A DNA stretch of 64,000 nt, taken from assembly GCA_051362555.1 (NCBI GenBank), contig CM120643.1, forward strand, positions 24,060,848-24,124,847. The letters run 5' to 3'. This DNA is from Lingula anatina. Its lineage: Eukaryota > Animalia > Brachiopoda. The notes under the pieces were generated by a model, which worked only from the letters and a program-made list of their open reading frames with translations, was not told the origin of the DNA and made no database searches. The position numbers and the translations under genes are program-made. Of this stretch, positions 62,507-64,000 are shown one piece after another; positions within the stretch are counted from its first letter, which is position 1, and each line of letters opens with the position of its first letter.

Positions 62507-64000
62507 CATGTGTATATAAAATAAAAAGAAGGGATAATGCGGTTTTAAATTATTGCAAAGTGCCTCAGTGGCCCATGAATTATGATAGTGAAAATGCGTG
62601 AAGCCATGGCTTTAACGAAAATTGCAGAGACTTTTTAATGGCAAACTTCCGCCAATATCTATCAACAACACTGCTTTTATCTCAAAATCGATTCATTTGA
62701 TTACATAAAAATTAATCTCACTACACTTAGCCAAACGAAGCGAACGTACCGAAGCAAAATGGTATTGGTGAGAACGGAATATTCAGAGAAATAGATCCTA
62801 GTTGTTAAGCAACAGGTTCAAAATAAAGAGGTAGAGGGACTGCCTCTGTTAACTCTACCGTGCTAGATACTGATGTCAACTACTTAACCAGAAGAATTGT
62901 CTAAACAACTGGTTATTGCTTGCACCTTATTAGCTAAAGTCCGATTACTTTTTCTTGCAAGACATGGTTGGCTAAAAACACGTTGTGTGTATTAACTGTG
63001 TTAATGATAGTTAAACTAGGAAAAGACACGGGTTGTCAAAATTAAAAATGAATTACGAGTATAAAACATTGGTCATTGAACAAATATATTCATTTATTTT
63101 TACAACTTTATTTAATGAGGGTTAAAACATGGTAATATAAAATTATTCTTCCCCATGGCCCTCATGAGGTAAGTTAAAATAAACCATCAAAAATAGAAAG
63201 GATTATGTTAAAACTATTAAAACAGCAATAAAAATAGAAAGTATATTTAAATGGAAAAGTTGGTGCTGGTAATCTTGCACACTTCCTTTCTTCTAACTCC
63301 GATGGAAAGTATGAAATGATTTCCTCAATTAAACAAGGAATATGACTCTTCAACTCTGGATGCGCCTTCAATATTACACAGGTAATCTTTTGGTATGGTG
63401 GAAAATCATAATGGTCAGCTTAGTTGTCATAAGGCCACGGTGTTTTCTCAACCTCTAAATTGTCGTACAAACCTGCTTTAGCTGTCAGCTCTAATCACTC
63501 ATCTGATCTACCCTCTTGATATCAGAGGGGGCTGTAGTGTAGCCTGTTACGAAACTGAAGAATATGTTAAAAAATTTTGTGACAGACTAGTGACGAACTC
63601 TATGGTTGGAGAGAACCGCAAGTTTTTCTATCAGAGGTACCGAGTGATTCAATCTATTATAAGCTTTCATGTTTTTGTTATAGTTTTTGTTATGTGCTAT
63701 TATGACTAGCAACCCAAACTTGCCGCCATGTTTAATAACATGAAAGGCACATTAAAATGACGAATTATGCATACGCAGAGGCCTTTGCGACTAGCTTGTG
63801 TCGCCGCAAATAATAGCCTCGACACTAATGGTGATTGCGCACGGCCGCGATTTGCGAAGCTTTCGAGATATGGGATAGCGCGGAATCGCCATGCTTGCAC
63901 CCGCACGCCATAAGCGAAGCTTTCGAGATACGGGGCCCTGCTCTTTTTCGCTCCTTTCCTGCGGCGACGAACCCTCGGTGACTGCCACAAGAATGTCACA

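Overview
AT-rich, intron- and repeat-rich animal genomic DNA (invertebrate, plausibly a mollusc or other lophotrochozoan; the species cannot be determined from the sequence). The main gene is a complete 16-exon nibrin/NBS1 (NBN) on the minus strand (49283->26936, about 747 aa, exons assembled by hand from GT-AG boundaries). It converges on the last two coding exons of an unidentified plus-strand gene with a coiled-coil-like C-terminus (20610-20752, 25086-25212). The rest is mostly transposon-derived: a decayed Tc1, a 3.7-kb foldback with ~790-bp TIRs (Academ-like), Helentron/HINE-like elements carrying 146-bp and 161-bp tandem arrays, two IS3EU-like MITEs, a Harbinger-like MITE, a 604-bp TIR element that keeps a RecQ-helicase fragment (AcademH-like), a 5'-truncated non-LTR retrotransposon, and a ~1.47-kb tandem duplication with tRNA-like heads. 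The most interesting observations are three stop-terminated duplicates of the NBN exon 7 acceptor, the RecQ-carrying MITE, a nuclear-receptor DR1 array inside the Helentron satellites, and multi-level TE nesting in NBN intron 11. I found no CRISPR, rRNA or convincing intact tRNA, and I cannot claim a wholly new system. Most ORFs in the supplied track are spurious.
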